This document shows, piece by piece, positions 9,792 to 19,875 of a stretch of 64,000 nucleotides of DNA. The stretch is taken from contig JBBRLJ010000003.1 of assembly GCA_038231435.1 (NCBI GenBank), forward strand, positions 133,407 through 197,406, in the 5' to 3' direction. Numbering within the stretch: the first letter of the stretch is position 1; each line of letters begins with the position of its first letter. The stretch comes from Planctomycetota bacterium (GTDB lineage: Bacteria > Planctomycetota > UBA11346). The notes beneath the pieces are model-generated. The model ran no database searches. It saw nothing but the letters and a program-made list of their open reading frames with translations, and was not told where the DNA came from. Made by a program: the position numbers and the translations under genes.

Positions 9792-12332
9792 ATGGCCAGC
9801 CTCTCCCTCACCGGCACCTGGACGCTGCGTGGAGACCGCTCCGACGAGTGCATCCCGGCCCCGGTCCCGGGCGACGCGCACAGCGCGCTGATCGCAGCCG
9901 GGCGGATCCCTGATCCGTACACCGGCCGCAACGAGGACGCGGTGCAGTGGGTTGGAGAGAGCGACTGGATCTACGAACGCTCCTTCATCCTGGATCGCGC
10001 GTCGGACGCAGCGCTGCTCGGCGCGCGTTCGGTGGTGCTGACCTGCGAGTGCCTCGACACGTTCGCCGAGATCGCCATCAACGGTGAGCACCTCGGGTCC
10101 ACCGACAACCAGCACCGTCGCTGGCGCTTCGACCTGGCGGGCAGGCTGGTCCCCGGCGAGAACCGCATCGCCATCCGTTTCCGCTCGTCGGTGCGCGAGG
10201 CCGCCGCCCGCCATGCCAAGCTGCCGTACGCGGTGCCGTACAGCTCCATCTGCAACAAACTGCCCAACATCAACATCATCCGCAAGACGCAGTGCCACGC
10301 CGGCTGGGACTGGGGTCCGGCCATCATGGTGTGCGGCATCTACGACGACATCCGCATCGAGGCGGTCGACAACGCGCGCATCGACTATATGCACACCGTC
10401 CAGCGCCATGGCCCCACGGCCTGCGACGTGGATGTGACCGTCGAATGCTGGGCTCCCGCGGCGGGATCGACGACGCTCGAGGTCGAGCTCGGCGGGCGGA
10501 TCGTCACGCGCGAGGTCGAACTCGTGGCCGGCGCCAACCATGTCACCACCACCATCGCCATCGCCGAGCCGCGCCTGTGGTGGCCGAATGGCCATGGCGA
10601 CCAGCCTCTGTACGCCCTGCGTGTCGCCCTCGATGGCCAGACGGTGCGCAAGCGCATCGGCCTGCGCACCATCGAGCTGCTCAACAAGCCCGACGAACGC
10701 GGCATCAGCATGTCCTTCCGCGTCAACGGCGTCGACATCTTCTGCAAGGGCGCCAACTGGATACCCGCCGACGCGCTGCCGGCGCGGCAGACCCGCGCGG
10801 TCTACGACGATCTGCTGTCGAGCGCGACCGCCGTGCACATGAATATGATCCGGGTGTGGGGCGGTGGGCAGTTCGAACGCGATGAGTTTTACGACCTCTG
10901 CGACGAGAAGGGCCTGCTGATCTGGCACGATATGATGTTCGCCTGCTCGATCTATCCAGCGACCGAGGACTTCCTCGAGAACGTGCGCGCCGAGGTCTCG
11001 CACCAGATCAAGCGCCTGCGCGACCATTGCTCGATCGCGCTGTGGTGCGGCGACAACGAAGTCGTGAACGCCTGGAACCTCTATCCGGAGACCAAGACCA
11101 ATCCGCTGCGCTACGCGATCAACTGGGACCGCTTGAACCATGGCGTGCTGCGCAAGACCATCGCCGAATGCGATCCCACCCGCACCTTCTGGCCCAGCTC
11201 GCCATGCTCGGGGCCGGGCGATTTCTCTGACGGTTGGCACGAGGACACCAAGGGGGACATGCACTACTGGGAGGTCTGGCACGGTGGCAAGCCGTTCGAC
11301 TCCTACTACAAGGTCACGCCGCGCTTCTGTTCTGAGTTCGGATACCAGTCCTTCCCGTCGCTCTCCACCGTGCGCACCTACGCCGAGCCGGCCGACTTCA
11401 ATGTCACCTCGCCGGTGATGGAGCACCATCAGCGCAATCCCGACGGCAACCGCAAGATCATGGAGATGTTCAGCCGCTACTTCCGCATGCCCGAGGGCTT
11501 CGCCAACACCCTGTGGCTGTCGCAGCTTCAGCAGGCCCTGGCGATCAAGCTGGCGGTGGAATTCTGGCGCTCGCAGACCCCCTCATGCATGGGCACCCTG
11601 TATTGGCAGCTCAACGACAACTGGCCGGTGGCCTCATGGTCGTCGATCGAATACGGCGGCGCGTGGAAGCAGCTCCATCATCATGCCAAGCGTTTCTTCT
11701 CGCCGGTCATCGCCATGTGCTTTCAGCGCGAAGGCCGGGTCGAGATCTGGGCATCGAATGACGGCGCCAGCGCCTGCGACGCGACCGTGCACGTGGACGT
11801 GCACGGACTGGACGGCGGCCTGATCGAGCGGCTGCCGCTCGCCGCCAAGCTCCGTCCGTTGTCCGCCACCTGCCTGCAGACCTATCCGATCGAACGCCTG
11901 GCGGGGGCCGATCCGACCCGCCGCTTCCTGCGCGTTGTTCTGGCCGGACAGATCTCGGGAACCCACAGGCGGCTGGTCAGACATGAGAACGAGCACCTGT
12001 TCGCCGAGCCGAAGCGCTACGAGCTTCCAGACGCGCAGGTCGAGATGGCGGTGGTTGCGCGGGGCGAGGCGATCGAGGTGACGCTGTCGAGCGATGCCCC
12101 AGCCTTCTACGTGACGCTCGAGGCGGGCGGCATCCCCGGAAACTACTCGGACAACAGCTTCCTGCTGCTGCCCGGGTCCCCGCGGGTGATCACCTTCCTG
12201 CCCAAGACGGCCGGCGTCACGGTCGCGAATCTGCGCGCGGCGCTCGCCGTGTCGCATCTGCGTTCGTCGTACGCCTCCGCAGCAACCACCTCTGCAACCA
12301 AGAATCTGCTCGAGGTTCGCGCCGTCGGTTGA
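9792..12332 (+). CDS. beta-mannosidase, glycoside hydrolase family 2
   Basis: RKTQCHAGWDWGP, KGANWIP, NMIRVWGGG, LWCGDNE, RFCSEFG, LYWQLND motifs; SD GAGG. Confidence 0.95.
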   Translation: MASLSLTGTWTLRGDRSDECIPAPVPGDAHSALIAAGRIPDPYTGRNEDAVQWVGESDWIYERSFILDRASDAALLGARSVVLTCECLDTFAEIAINGEHLGSTDNQHRRWRFDLAGRLVPGENRIAIRFRSSVREAAARHAKLPYAVPYSSICNKLPNINIIRKTQCHAGWDWGPAIMVCGIYDDIRIEAVDNARIDYMHTVQRHGPTACDVDVTVECWAPAAGSTTLEVELGGRIVTREVELVAGANHVTTTIAIAEPRLWWPNGHGDQPLYALRVALDGQTVRKRIGLRTIELLNKPDERGISMSFRVNGVDIFCKGANWIPADALPARQTRAVYDDLLSSATAVHMNMIRVWGGGQFERDEFYDLCDEKGLLIWHDMMFACSIYPATEDFLENVRAEVSHQIKRLRDHCSIALWCGDNEVVNAWNLYPETKTNPLRYAINWDRLNHGVLRKTIAECDPTRTFWPSSPCSGPGDFSDGWHEDTKGDMHYWEVWHGGKPFDSYYKVTPRFCSEFGYQSFPSLSTVRTYAEPADFNVTSPVMEHHQRNPDGNRKIMEMFSRYFRMPEGFANTLWLSQLQQALAIKLAVEFWRSQTPSCMGTLYWQLNDNWPVASWSSIEYGGAWKQLHHHAKRFFSPVIAMCFQREGRVEIWASNDGASACDATVHVDVHGLDGGLIERLPLAAKLRPLSATCLQTYPIERLAGADPTRRFLRVVLAGQISGTHRRLVRHENEHLFAEPKRYELPDAQVEMAVVARGEAIEVTLSSDAPAFYVTLEAGGIPGNYSDNSFLLLPGSPRVITFLPKTAGVTVANLRAALAVSHLRSSYASAATTSATKNLLEVRAVG

Positions 12333-12336
12333 GCCC

Positions 12337-13221
12337 TCAGAGCTTGCCGCGTCGCGGACGCGCGAGTCGCGTCGGATCCCCGTGCGGGATCGGCTCGGCG
12401 CGCCGGTAGGCGGCGGGGGGCACGCCCATGCGCCGCGCGAACACGCGGCTGAAGTAGAAGCGGTCGCTGAAACCGCAGGCGACGGCGATGTCGTCGATCG
12501 AATCATCGCTGAGCACCAGACGCTGCGCAGCGATCGCGATGCGGCGCTCGATCAGGTATTGGCCCGGCGTCTGGCCGACGTCGCGCAGGAACAGTCGCGC
12601 GAAATGGTCTTCGGCATAGCCGCACAGCCGCGCGAGTCCTGACAGGCGCAAGGGCGCGGTCAGGTTGGCTTCGATATGGCGGAGCGCGGGAGCGACCGGC
12701 GAGTCCGCGTGCAGCACGGCGGCGATGCGCTGCGCGTGCGCGGATGGCAGGCGCGAGAACAACGCCGCCACCGCCGCGTGCAGCGCCGCCTTGACCGCGA
12801 ACAGCGCCGCTGGTCGCGATGCCGGATCGTCGCTCGCCAGGATCGCGTGCAGATCGTCGGCGGTGGCGCGCACCGCGCCGGCGAGCGGAAGCGCGACTGG
12901 ACGGGTGAACATCTCGCGCACCAGGGTTCCGGGCAGGCCGACGATGTCGAAGTGCATGTACAGGTGCCCGACCGGACGGACGTTCAGCAGGTCGAAGCGC
13001 ACCCACGCGGGAATGAAGTGCACCTGCCGCGGCTTCAACAGGTGCAGGCTGCCATCGGACATCCGCACCGCGGCGCCAGAGCGGGAATTCACATAATAGC
13101 GCCAATAGGTGCTGCAGACGCCGACCTCGTCCCAGGACGTGGTGATCACGGAATCTCTGGCAGTGAATACACGCAGATGCAGGGAGTCTCCACGGTCGAC
13201 GGCATCCATGGGCGGCGGCAT
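12337..13221 (-). CDS. AraC-family transcriptional regulator
   Basis: C-terminal double HTH 'LARLCGYAEDHFARLF...SIDDIAVACGFSDRFYFSRVFARRMGVPPAAYR'. Start at ATG 13221, 6 nt after TATGCT. Confidence 0.92.
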   Translation of the reverse strand: MPPPMDAVDRGDSLHLRVFTARDSVITTSWDEVGVCSTYWRYYVNSRSGAAVRMSDGSLHLLKPRQVHFIPAWVRFDLLNVRPVGHLYMHFDIVGLPGTLVREMFTRPVALPLAGAVRATADDLHAILASDDPASRPAALFAVKAALHAAVAALFSRLPSAHAQRIAAVLHADSPVAPALRHIEANLTAPLRLSGLARLCGYAEDHFARLFLRDVGQTPGQYLIERRIAIAAQRLVLSDDSIDDIAVACGFSDRFYFSRVFARRMGVPPAAYRRAEPIPHGDPTRLARPRRGKL

Positions 13222-13325
13222 GCCGGTAGCATAGCGGAATCGTCCATATCGCCATCGCCATCCGCCATGGTCATACGAGTCGCCGATGCCTAGGATCCGT
13301 TCCAGGACCCAGCCAGGAGCGACCA

Positions 13326-13682
13326 ATGACCGCGACTCTCGCCGATCTTGCCCAGATCCAATCCGTTGGACCAGACGCCCCCAGGCGCATACGCCAGCAG
13401 CTGCTCTTCCTGTACCTGACCCATCCCAATCCGACCGCGCAGACGGTGGGCTGGAGCTTCTTCGACGGCACCGGCCGCGACCGCCGCACCTCGGGCGACG
13501 GCGACAAGCCACCGTACGCCTCGGTGGTGGCAGCGATGCAAGATGGCTGGCGCGTGCTCCAGGTCGCGCAGCAGCATCCCCCCTATCCGGGCATGGAGCA
13601 TCGCACCTCGTACCTGCCGTTCGAGTTCGTGCTCGAACGCCTCATCGACCTCGACGCCGGCAGTGCCGGAATCGGAGCCTGA
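13326..13682 (+). CDS. hypothetical protein upstream of the PhyH dioxygenase
   Basis: SD AGGAG, typical codon usage, 2 nt gap to the next gene. Confidence 0.8.
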   Translation: MTATLADLAQIQSVGPDAPRRIRQQLLFLYLTHPNPTAQTVGWSFFDGTGRDRRTSGDGDKPPYASVVAAMQDGWRVLQVAQQHPPYPGMEHRTSYLPFEFVLERLIDLDAGSAGIGA

Positions 13683-13684
13683 CC

Positions 13685-14542
13685 ATGAACGCTGATCTCC
13701 CCCTCCTCACATCACGCCAGATGGCGGACTTCGTCGCCCAGGGCTTCCTGCGCTTCGACGCGCTGGTCCCGGCGGAGCTCAACGACCAGACCATGGCCCA
13801 GCTGCGCGCGGGCGGCCTTGACGGCACGGGCTACGACAACGAGGGGATCTCACTCGACGAGTTCATCCCCGACGCCCCGGGCTACGGCCGCGTGCTGCGC
13901 CTGCCGGCGGTGCAGGGCATCATCCACAGTCTGGTCGGTCCAGCGCCCGCGCCAGATCACCTGGCCGTGCATGTCGTACCCGCCCGCCACGTCGACGCGC
14001 AATTCTGGCATGCCGACGCGGTCATCGATCCGCGCCTCGAGGCCTTCGACATCCAGCTCTTCTACTATCCGCACGACACCCCGCGCGAGGCCGGCGGCAC
14101 GCTGTTCCTGCCTGGCAGCCATTTCCGCCGCGTGCACGAGGCCACCATCGCGCGCTACCAGAACATCAGCGGCCAGCTGCCGATGGTCTGTCCAGCCGGC
14201 ACGGTGGTGGTCGCGCACCATGGCATCTGGCATTGCGGGCAGCCGAACCACACCGACCACCAGCGCTACATGCTGAAGCTGCGCATGAACCCACGCGTGC
14301 GCCAGCGCCGGCTGTTCGACCTCTCGGACGTCGGTGACCCGCAGGTCATGCGCAACCTCACCGCCTACCACCCGTGGCCCGGCGCCGAGATCCGTCTCGA
14401 GTACGTGCAGCGCCTGCGTCTGTGGCGTTCGCTGACGGGAGACGCCAGCGCTGACACCGACCTGTGGCTGACGCGCATGGATAACGAACCCACGGCCGAG
14501 CATCGCGCCGCGCGTCGTTCTCCGGAGTTCGCCAACGCCTGA
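13685..14542 (+). CDS. phytanoyl-CoA dioxygenase-family (Fe/2OG) protein
   Basis: 'QMADFVAQGFLR', WHAD (HxD), GGTLFLPGSH, IWHCG...N...RYM. Confidence 0.9.
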   Translation: MNADLPLLTSRQMADFVAQGFLRFDALVPAELNDQTMAQLRAGGLDGTGYDNEGISLDEFIPDAPGYGRVLRLPAVQGIIHSLVGPAPAPDHLAVHVVPARHVDAQFWHADAVIDPRLEAFDIQLFYYPHDTPREAGGTLFLPGSHFRRVHEATIARYQNISGQLPMVCPAGTVVVAHHGIWHCGQPNHTDHQRYMLKLRMNPRVRQRRLFDLSDVGDPQVMRNLTAYHPWPGAEIRLEYVQRLRLWRSLTGDASADTDLWLTRMDNEPTAEHRAARRSPEFANA

Positions 14543-14622
14543 TGCGGCGCGCCGACTGCTTCCCTCCAACAGCGGTGCCCTAACTGCACGCGCGCACGCG
14601 CACGCCACCTGATGACGGCCGA

Positions 14623-15285
14623 TCAGCGTCCTGAGATGCGCCTGCGGCCGCGCTGGTGCTTGCGCCACGCCGCCTGCTCGCTGATGACGATGCGCTCCAC
14701 CTCGTCCCAGGTCCCGGCGCGCAGCGGCGCGGAGACCTCGCGGTTGGTGGAGTTGGTGAAGGCGATGGTACGATGCCCCGCAGCGACCAAGGCGCTGATG
14801 TTCGCCGGCGAATCGTCGATGTAGAGGTCCGCGCCAACCGCGGCCTTGTCCTGCATGAAGCAGAGATCCCAGTAGGGGAAGCCGTGTTCGTCCAGCCACG
14901 CCACGGTCTGGCTGATCGCCTGCTGGTGGAAATGGTTGATGAATAGGCGATGGGTGATGATGCGGATCCTGATCCCGCGCGCGGACAGGTGGCGCAGGGC
15001 GCGCGCCGCGCCACGCATGGGCGCCAGGCGGCGGAACAGATCGCGCTGCGAGATCGCGAAACGGTGGAGGTCCTCGTACGCGCCGGGCTCGCGGTCGAGG
15101 CCCCACTCGGGAAAGCCGAAACCGACCTCGTCGGTCAGCGTCGATGGCGCGACGCCGAGCCACTCGGCGGCGATCGGCTTGATGCCTTGGTAGAAGTCCG
15201 CGCAGACGCCGTCGAGGTCGACGCCGAAGATGAATGCCGGCGCCGTCACGCCAGCCTTGCCACCAGGGAGCTTGGCCATGCTCAT
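14623..15285 (-). CDS. HAD-superfamily 5'(3')-deoxyribonucleotidase (NT5C type)
   Basis: GVDLDGVCAD motif I, IITHR motif II, K...DLYIDDSPAN motifs III/IV. ATG overlaps the upstream TGA. Confidence 0.88.
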   Translation of the reverse strand: MSMAKLPGGKAGVTAPAFIFGVDLDGVCADFYQGIKPIAAEWLGVAPSTLTDEVGFGFPEWGLDREPGAYEDLHRFAISQRDLFRRLAPMRGAARALRHLSARGIRIRIITHRLFINHFHQQAISQTVAWLDEHGFPYWDLCFMQDKAAVGADLYIDDSPANISALVAAGHRTIAFTNSTNREVSAPLRAGTWDEVERIVISEQAAWRKHQRGRRRISGR

Positions 15286-15527
15286 GCCCTCCCGGCCGCG
15301 AGCGCGAGCCGGCGCGATACCAGTAGGCCGCGGCCCGAGGTCAGACAGAACGCCAGCTGCATCACCACCAGCGCGAAGGCATCGCTGTTCATGCCCCAGG
15401 CGATCCAGCAGAAGTTTGAGATCAGGAACCCGGTGAATCCCCATGCGCGGACGCGCGAGTGCGAACTGGCGACGAGATAGGCGCCGACGATGCCGAATCC
15501 GGCGCCAAACCATTGGATGGAGTCCAT
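15282..15527 (-). CDS. small 3-TM membrane protein (PnuC/PQ-loop half-transporter-like)
   Basis: Three hydrophobic helices 'QWFGAGFGIVGAYLV / WGFTGFLISNFCWIAWG / ALVVMQLAF'; coupled to the nucleotidase. Start at 15527 or 15536. Confidence 0.7.
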   Translation of the reverse strand: MDSIQWFGAGFGIVGAYLVASSHSRVRAWGFTGFLISNFCWIAWGMNSDAFALVVMQLAFCLTSGRGLLVSRRLALAAGRA

Positions 15528-15702
15528 GGGCGCCATCCTGGCCAGACTCGGATGTTTGCCAACGATCTGGGCCCGTGAGCGTGGCGGTCGTCGCTACCGC
15601 GGACCCACCTCCTTCTTCCGCTTCAGGTTGGTGCTATGCCTGTGAAACGGATCCGCTCGGCTCCCTGCTCCGAGATGATGGAAAGTCTGGACGAAACAAG
15701 GA

Positions 15703-16422
15703 ATGAAGATGCGTGAACTCCGCCGACTCCTGCCGCACCGTGCCATCTCCACGGTCATGCCGCTGCTGATCGCTTGCTGCCTCGCTTCCGCCGAGGAGAC
15801 CGCGCCGGCTCCGGCCGAGCAGGCCGAACCCAAGACCATCACCGCCACCCCTGATGCGCCTCCGCAGAGCGAACTGGTGGTGACCATCGCCGGGAAGGAT
15901 TACCCGTGCCGGGCGGGCGGGGCATTCACCGCCGAGGTCGACGGCAAGACGGTCGCGGTCGCGGTGCGCGAGAAGCCGACCAAACTGTTCGACTATCGTG
16001 GCATCCGCTTCGACTTCCCGAAGAGCCACGCCTTCGAGTCGGATGCCGACCCATTGACGCCGATGTGGACGCTCGATGGCAACGATAACGTACTGATCGT
16101 GATGAAACCGAACGAGGCCATCGATCAGTTCTACACTGACTATATCGCGCAGCTCGAGCAGAATTACGCCGGCCAGAAGGTGGTGCTGCAGGACGTCCGG
16201 CAGACCTTCGGTACCATCGATGCGGTGGGCAAGAAGCTGGTGGTGACCCTCGACATCACCGCCGCCGGTACGACCCTCTGTCAGGAGGTGTACCTGGTGA
16301 AGGACGCCACCCACGGGGTCATCGTCATGATCCAGGATTCCCTGAACGACAAGGCCGAACAGACCGCCGAGACCACGATGGTGAAGAAGCTGCTCACCGA
16401 GACCTTCGCGTTCCACGACTGA
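15703..16422 (+). CDS. exported hypothetical protein
   Basis: Signal-peptide-like N-terminus, strong GC3 bias, SD AAGGA. Confidence 0.8.
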   Translation: MKMRELRRLLPHRAISTVMPLLIACCLASAEETAPAPAEQAEPKTITATPDAPPQSELVVTIAGKDYPCRAGGAFTAEVDGKTVAVAVREKPTKLFDYRGIRFDFPKSHAFESDADPLTPMWTLDGNDNVLIVMKPNEAIDQFYTDYIAQLEQNYAGQKVVLQDVRQTFGTIDAVGKKLVVTLDITAAGTTLCQEVYLVKDATHGVIVMIQDSLNDKAEQTAETTMVKKLLTETFAFHD

Positions 16423-16458
16423 TCCAGCACGGCATGCGCCGGGACCAGTCGATGCCGA

Positions 16459-17868
16459 TCACTGGTTCGCCTGCGGAGCCGCGGGACCGATGACGACGTG
16501 CTGGACGTCGACCCACGTCGCATGCAGCCCTGGATCGCATGGCCCTGACGGCTGCGGCGCTGGGAGCCGATCCATGAGCAGGAATTCCGGCAGCGGCGAA
16601 ACCGGATCGAGCTGGATGCGGAAGCGATCATCGGACAGACGGGTGAAACGCACGGCCGGACGGTCATGCCCTACGTCCGTCGCTTGGATCGGAGCCTGGA
16701 CGAGTGTCGACGCGAGATCAACGGGCAGGTCGCCCGCCGCATCCTGGATGCCCGCCACCACTGCGGCGAGACGCGCCAGGCGATGCGCGGTCTCACGCTT
16801 CACCGCCGCATCGCCCATCGCCACCAGGAGACCGGCCGGCGAGTACGGGAACGCCCACGGATCGATGCGCGGCAAGGGCTCGCCCTGGCCACGGAAACGG
16901 CGCTCGGCCTTGCCCGTCCAGTCCAGATCACGGGCGGCACGGTCCGGAATCGCCGACCATTCATCGAGTGCCTGCAGCCACCCCAGGGGCTTGCCGCTGA
17001 CCACGCTGAACAAGTGTCCGCGGCGATAGTCGAGTGGTCCGCGCGCGACCTCGCTCGCCGCTTCCGCCGGGATCCAGTATGCCGCCTGCGCCGCGCACGC
17101 CGCCGCCAGATCAGCGAGGCCGCACGGCGGCTCGGCGAGCCAGCGCGCCTGCACCGCCTCAGCGAGAGTCCCCGACAGCGCCGCGGCGAGATACGCCCGG
17201 TCACGCTCGCCCGCGACGATCTCGGCGATGGAAACGGCGAGCAATGACCGCGGTGGCCGCAGCGCCGCGAGCAGCGCATCGAGATCGCGCAGCGTGGCGC
17301 TCGGATCCGCCGCCGCGCGCGCGGCCATGCGCAGCTCCAGGGCGGCGAGGCGCATGTCGAGCAGGTTGCCGTCCCACGTGGGCACATCATCCGCTGTCGC
17401 GTTCGCGGTCGCCGTCCCGGTCGAGGTCGGGTTGAAGCCTGGCGACACGTCGAAGCGAAGGCCAGGCATTGCCAGCACCCGGTGCAAGCCAGCGAGCGCC
17501 GTCGCGCGCCGCTCGAGGTAGGCCCTCACGCGCGCGGGGGTCGCGACCTGCACGCCCGCCAACCATGCTTGGACCGACCGATCAGCCTCCAACTCGGGGG
17601 TTACTTCTTTCCCCGACGCCTCTGCAGCTTCCTCAGCGACGGACGCGCGGGTCGTTGCCCAGTCCTTCCAGGCCGCGATCGCGGCGGGATCAGCCACGGC
17701 GCCGGTCGGCAGGATCGGCGTGGGTAGGAGCGCCAGAGCCGCATGGCAGCGGTGCACGGCCAAGGCCAGCCACGCGGCCCCAGCCATCGATGTAAGCAGG
17801 ATGACAGCAAGCGTCAGCAATCGCGCGCGACGATATCGCACGCTCCTCGTCGTGGGCTCCTGACTCAC
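16459..17868 (-). CDS. membrane-anchored hypothetical protein
   Basis: Basic N-terminus plus one TM helix, Ala-rich helical body. TATACT lies 5 nt before the GTG. Confidence 0.75.
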   Translation of the reverse strand: MSQEPTTRSVRYRRARLLTLAVILLTSMAGAAWLALAVHRCHAALALLPTPILPTGAVADPAAIAAWKDWATTRASVAEEAAEASGKEVTPELEADRSVQAWLAGVQVATPARVRAYLERRATALAGLHRVLAMPGLRFDVSPGFNPTSTGTATANATADDVPTWDGNLLDMRLAALELRMAARAAADPSATLRDLDALLAALRPPRSLLAVSIAEIVAGERDRAYLAAALSGTLAEAVQARWLAEPPCGLADLAAACAAQAAYWIPAEAASEVARGPLDYRRGHLFSVVSGKPLGWLQALDEWSAIPDRAARDLDWTGKAERRFRGQGEPLPRIDPWAFPYSPAGLLVAMGDAAVKRETAHRLARLAAVVAGIQDAAGDLPVDLASTLVQAPIQATDVGHDRPAVRFTRLSDDRFRIQLDPVSPLPEFLLMDRLPAPQPSGPCDPGLHATWVDVQHVVIGPAAPQANQ

Positions 17869-17955
17869 CCACGAGTATACCTCGTCGAAACCAGGCCGGG
17901 AGAAATGCCGCGCCGTGTCGCATTCGGGGGTATATTCCTAGGTCCAGGAGGTTGC

Positions 17956-18171
17956 ATGGTGAAACCCCCGAGCGGTGCAGGCGGCGAGAAGAACGACCAG
18001 CGCATCTCCCAACTGCGCGAGGACATCACCCGCTTGACCGCCGAGCTCGCCGGCCTCGCCGAGCTCCCACGCAACACCGCGCGCGCCGCGACTGCCGCCG
18101 AGATCGAGAAGAAGATCGCCACCGCGCGCAAGTCGCTGGTCATGGCGCTGAGTTCCACCGTCCGGGTCTGA
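17956..18171 (+). CDS. small coiled-coil hypothetical protein (71 aa)
   Basis: SD AGGAGG; ggggTATATT at 17931-17936; heptad-like 'RISQLREDITRLTAEL'. Confidence 0.7.
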   Translation: MVKPPSGAGGEKNDQRISQLREDITRLTAELAGLAELPRNTARAATAAEIEKKIATARKSLVMALSSTVRV

Positions 18172-18386
18172 ACTTCGCATGGTCCGCTCAACCAAGCGGA
18201 GACGACACTTCGTACGCGTCACCATCGACAGGTGCTGAAGAGCAGTTGCTGAAAACAGTCGCCTGCCGGCATCAATGCATGCCGTGGCGACCTGCGCTAG
18301 TCTTCCCTGAACCAGAGTCGCCAAGTTCCAGATGGCAGTGAGTCAGGGCCATGCGTGCCGGACCGCTGCGGCATGCCCGATGGAAG

Positions 18387-19073
18387 CTATTTCTTATCCT
18401 CGACCGTTGGGGCAGGGCTACCTTCCTTCGGCTTCTCGACGAGTTCTTCAGGCTTCACCGACACCATCTTGCCGTCTTCGGTCTTGATGACGACCTGGGT
18501 ATCGGAACGGCTGATGATCTTGCCGTGCAAGACCCGGCCATCGCCGAGCGTGATCGAGGATGCGGAGAATTCGTCGCGCTTCTTGGCCGCGTACGCATCG
18601 GCGTCCGCCTGCAGCACCCGCTTGCTGCCCTTGCATAGCGCGCACGTCAGTCGCCCGGTGCCGACGCAGGCTTTGCAGTCGATGAGCCCGGTTCCTTTGC
18701 AAGTCGGGCAGACGCCCTTGTTCACCGGCATTCCATCTTCGTAGACGATCAGCTGGCCCAGGTGACCCGTCGACCACCACGAATCGCCGGACATGCCCTT
18801 CTTCTTCACGGGAAAATGCTTCACGGTCTTGCCCTCAGGCCCCGGGACCCAGCCCGGGTCATCCTGCTTCAGACAGGTCGCGGGGCAGCGCACCTTGCCG
18901 TCTTTGCAGTGCGCCTTGCATGGCGAGCTCCCTTCGCCCAGGCATTGGGGGCAATCGACGAGTCCCGCGGAGGCTGACGCGGGAGCAGGGCTCTCGGCCG
19001 CTGACACCCGATCCGATGCCATGTATAGGCCGCCGAGCAGCATCGCGAGCACGAGCAGGCGAACGGTATGCAT
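18387..19073 (-). CDS. exported protein with DnaJ-type CxxCxGxG zinc-finger repeats
   Basis: Signal peptide; CPQCLGEG, CPTCKGTG, CKACVGTG, CALCKGS; C-terminal 'ITLGDGRVLHGKII' domain. TACCAT lies 6 nt before the ATG. Confidence 0.8.
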   Translation of the reverse strand: MHTVRLLVLAMLLGGLYMASDRVSAAESPAPASASAGLVDCPQCLGEGSSPCKAHCKDGKVRCPATCLKQDDPGWVPGPEGKTVKHFPVKKKGMSGDSWWSTGHLGQLIVYEDGMPVNKGVCPTCKGTGLIDCKACVGTGRLTCALCKGSKRVLQADADAYAAKKRDEFSASSITLGDGRVLHGKIISRSDTQVVIKTEDGKMVSVKPEELVEKPKEGSPAPTVEDKK

Positions 19074-19123
19074 GAGACGATGGTACGGGCGACGAGCAGC
19101 TGAAACAAGCCGCCGATCGAAGC

Positions 19124-19420
19124 CTAGTCCTCGCCCCCCTCGCATCCCTGGGTCGCGGCTCCAGGCGAGCAGGTGATGTACCACTGGCCATCGTTGATCT
19201 CGACGGACGCTCGCCGGATCCGGGACTCGAGCCATGCCAACGGCTGGAACACGCGCACCGGCAGGACGCGGGGCATCTCTCGCATGATGAAGCCGCCGTT
19301 GGCGTGGCTCCTGCCAGTTACGTAGGCACCGACATACAGCGTGAGTGCCAGCAACGCGGACAGCATCATGACGATGGCTAGTCGCGAGCGACCGCGCTTG
19401 GCGTCGTCCGGATTTTCCAT
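19124..19420 (-). CDS. small single-TM hypothetical protein
   Basis: ATG overlaps the upstream stop (TGATG); TM 'LAIVMMLSALLALTLYVGAYV'. Confidence 0.6.
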   Translation of the reverse strand: MENPDDAKRGRSRLAIVMMLSALLALTLYVGAYVTGRSHANGGFIMREMPRVLPVRVFQPLAWLESRIRRASVEINDGQWYITCSPGAATQGCEGGED

Positions 19421-19701
19421 CAGCGCAGGTAGCGCGTGGTGTCGCGCCGCAGGTCGGGGGTGTAGCGGAGATAGTGCAGGATCGAGATGACCGCGAGGAC
19501 GATCATCAGCACCAGCATCAGCGAATACATCAGCGAATAGAAGGACACGCCACGCCAGAAGCGATCGGGGTCGGTAGCGCGGGTCCGGCGGCGGTCGCCG
19601 ATGTGCACCCCGGTGACCGTGGCGCGTACCACCAGGAAGGCGATGGTGGCGGCGACGACGCCGTACAGGCTCCAGAGGGCGATGATGGTCGCGGGGGGCA
19701 T
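19420..19701 (-). CDS. small 2-TM hypothetical protein
   Basis: Two hydrophobic helices separated by 'RATDPDRFWR'. Confidence 0.65.
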   Translation of the reverse strand: MPPATIIALWSLYGVVAATIAFLVVRATVTGVHIGDRRRTRATDPDRFWRGVSFYSLMYSLMLVLMIVLAVISILHYLRYTPDLRRDTTRYLR

Positions 19702-19875
19702 TCACCGCAGCCTCGCATCCACGGCCGTCGCCGCAACATCGACGATAGGAGTCGAGGCGCCGATCGACGGGGTCGGGCTCGAGGCCGGAGTCGGGGAAGC
19801 CGGATGGACTCCCCAGCGCCTCGGTTATACCTCAGGCGTCAGTCCGCGTCCTCATTCAGCACTGGCCTCGCTCAC

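Noticed and set aside
3902..11429. Long antisense ORFs (3902..5458, 5579..7237, 9729..11429)
   Set aside because: They lie opposite motif-rich kinase and GH2 genes and have no recognisable domains. The same applies to 31210..32850, 41838..43937 and 57252..58508.
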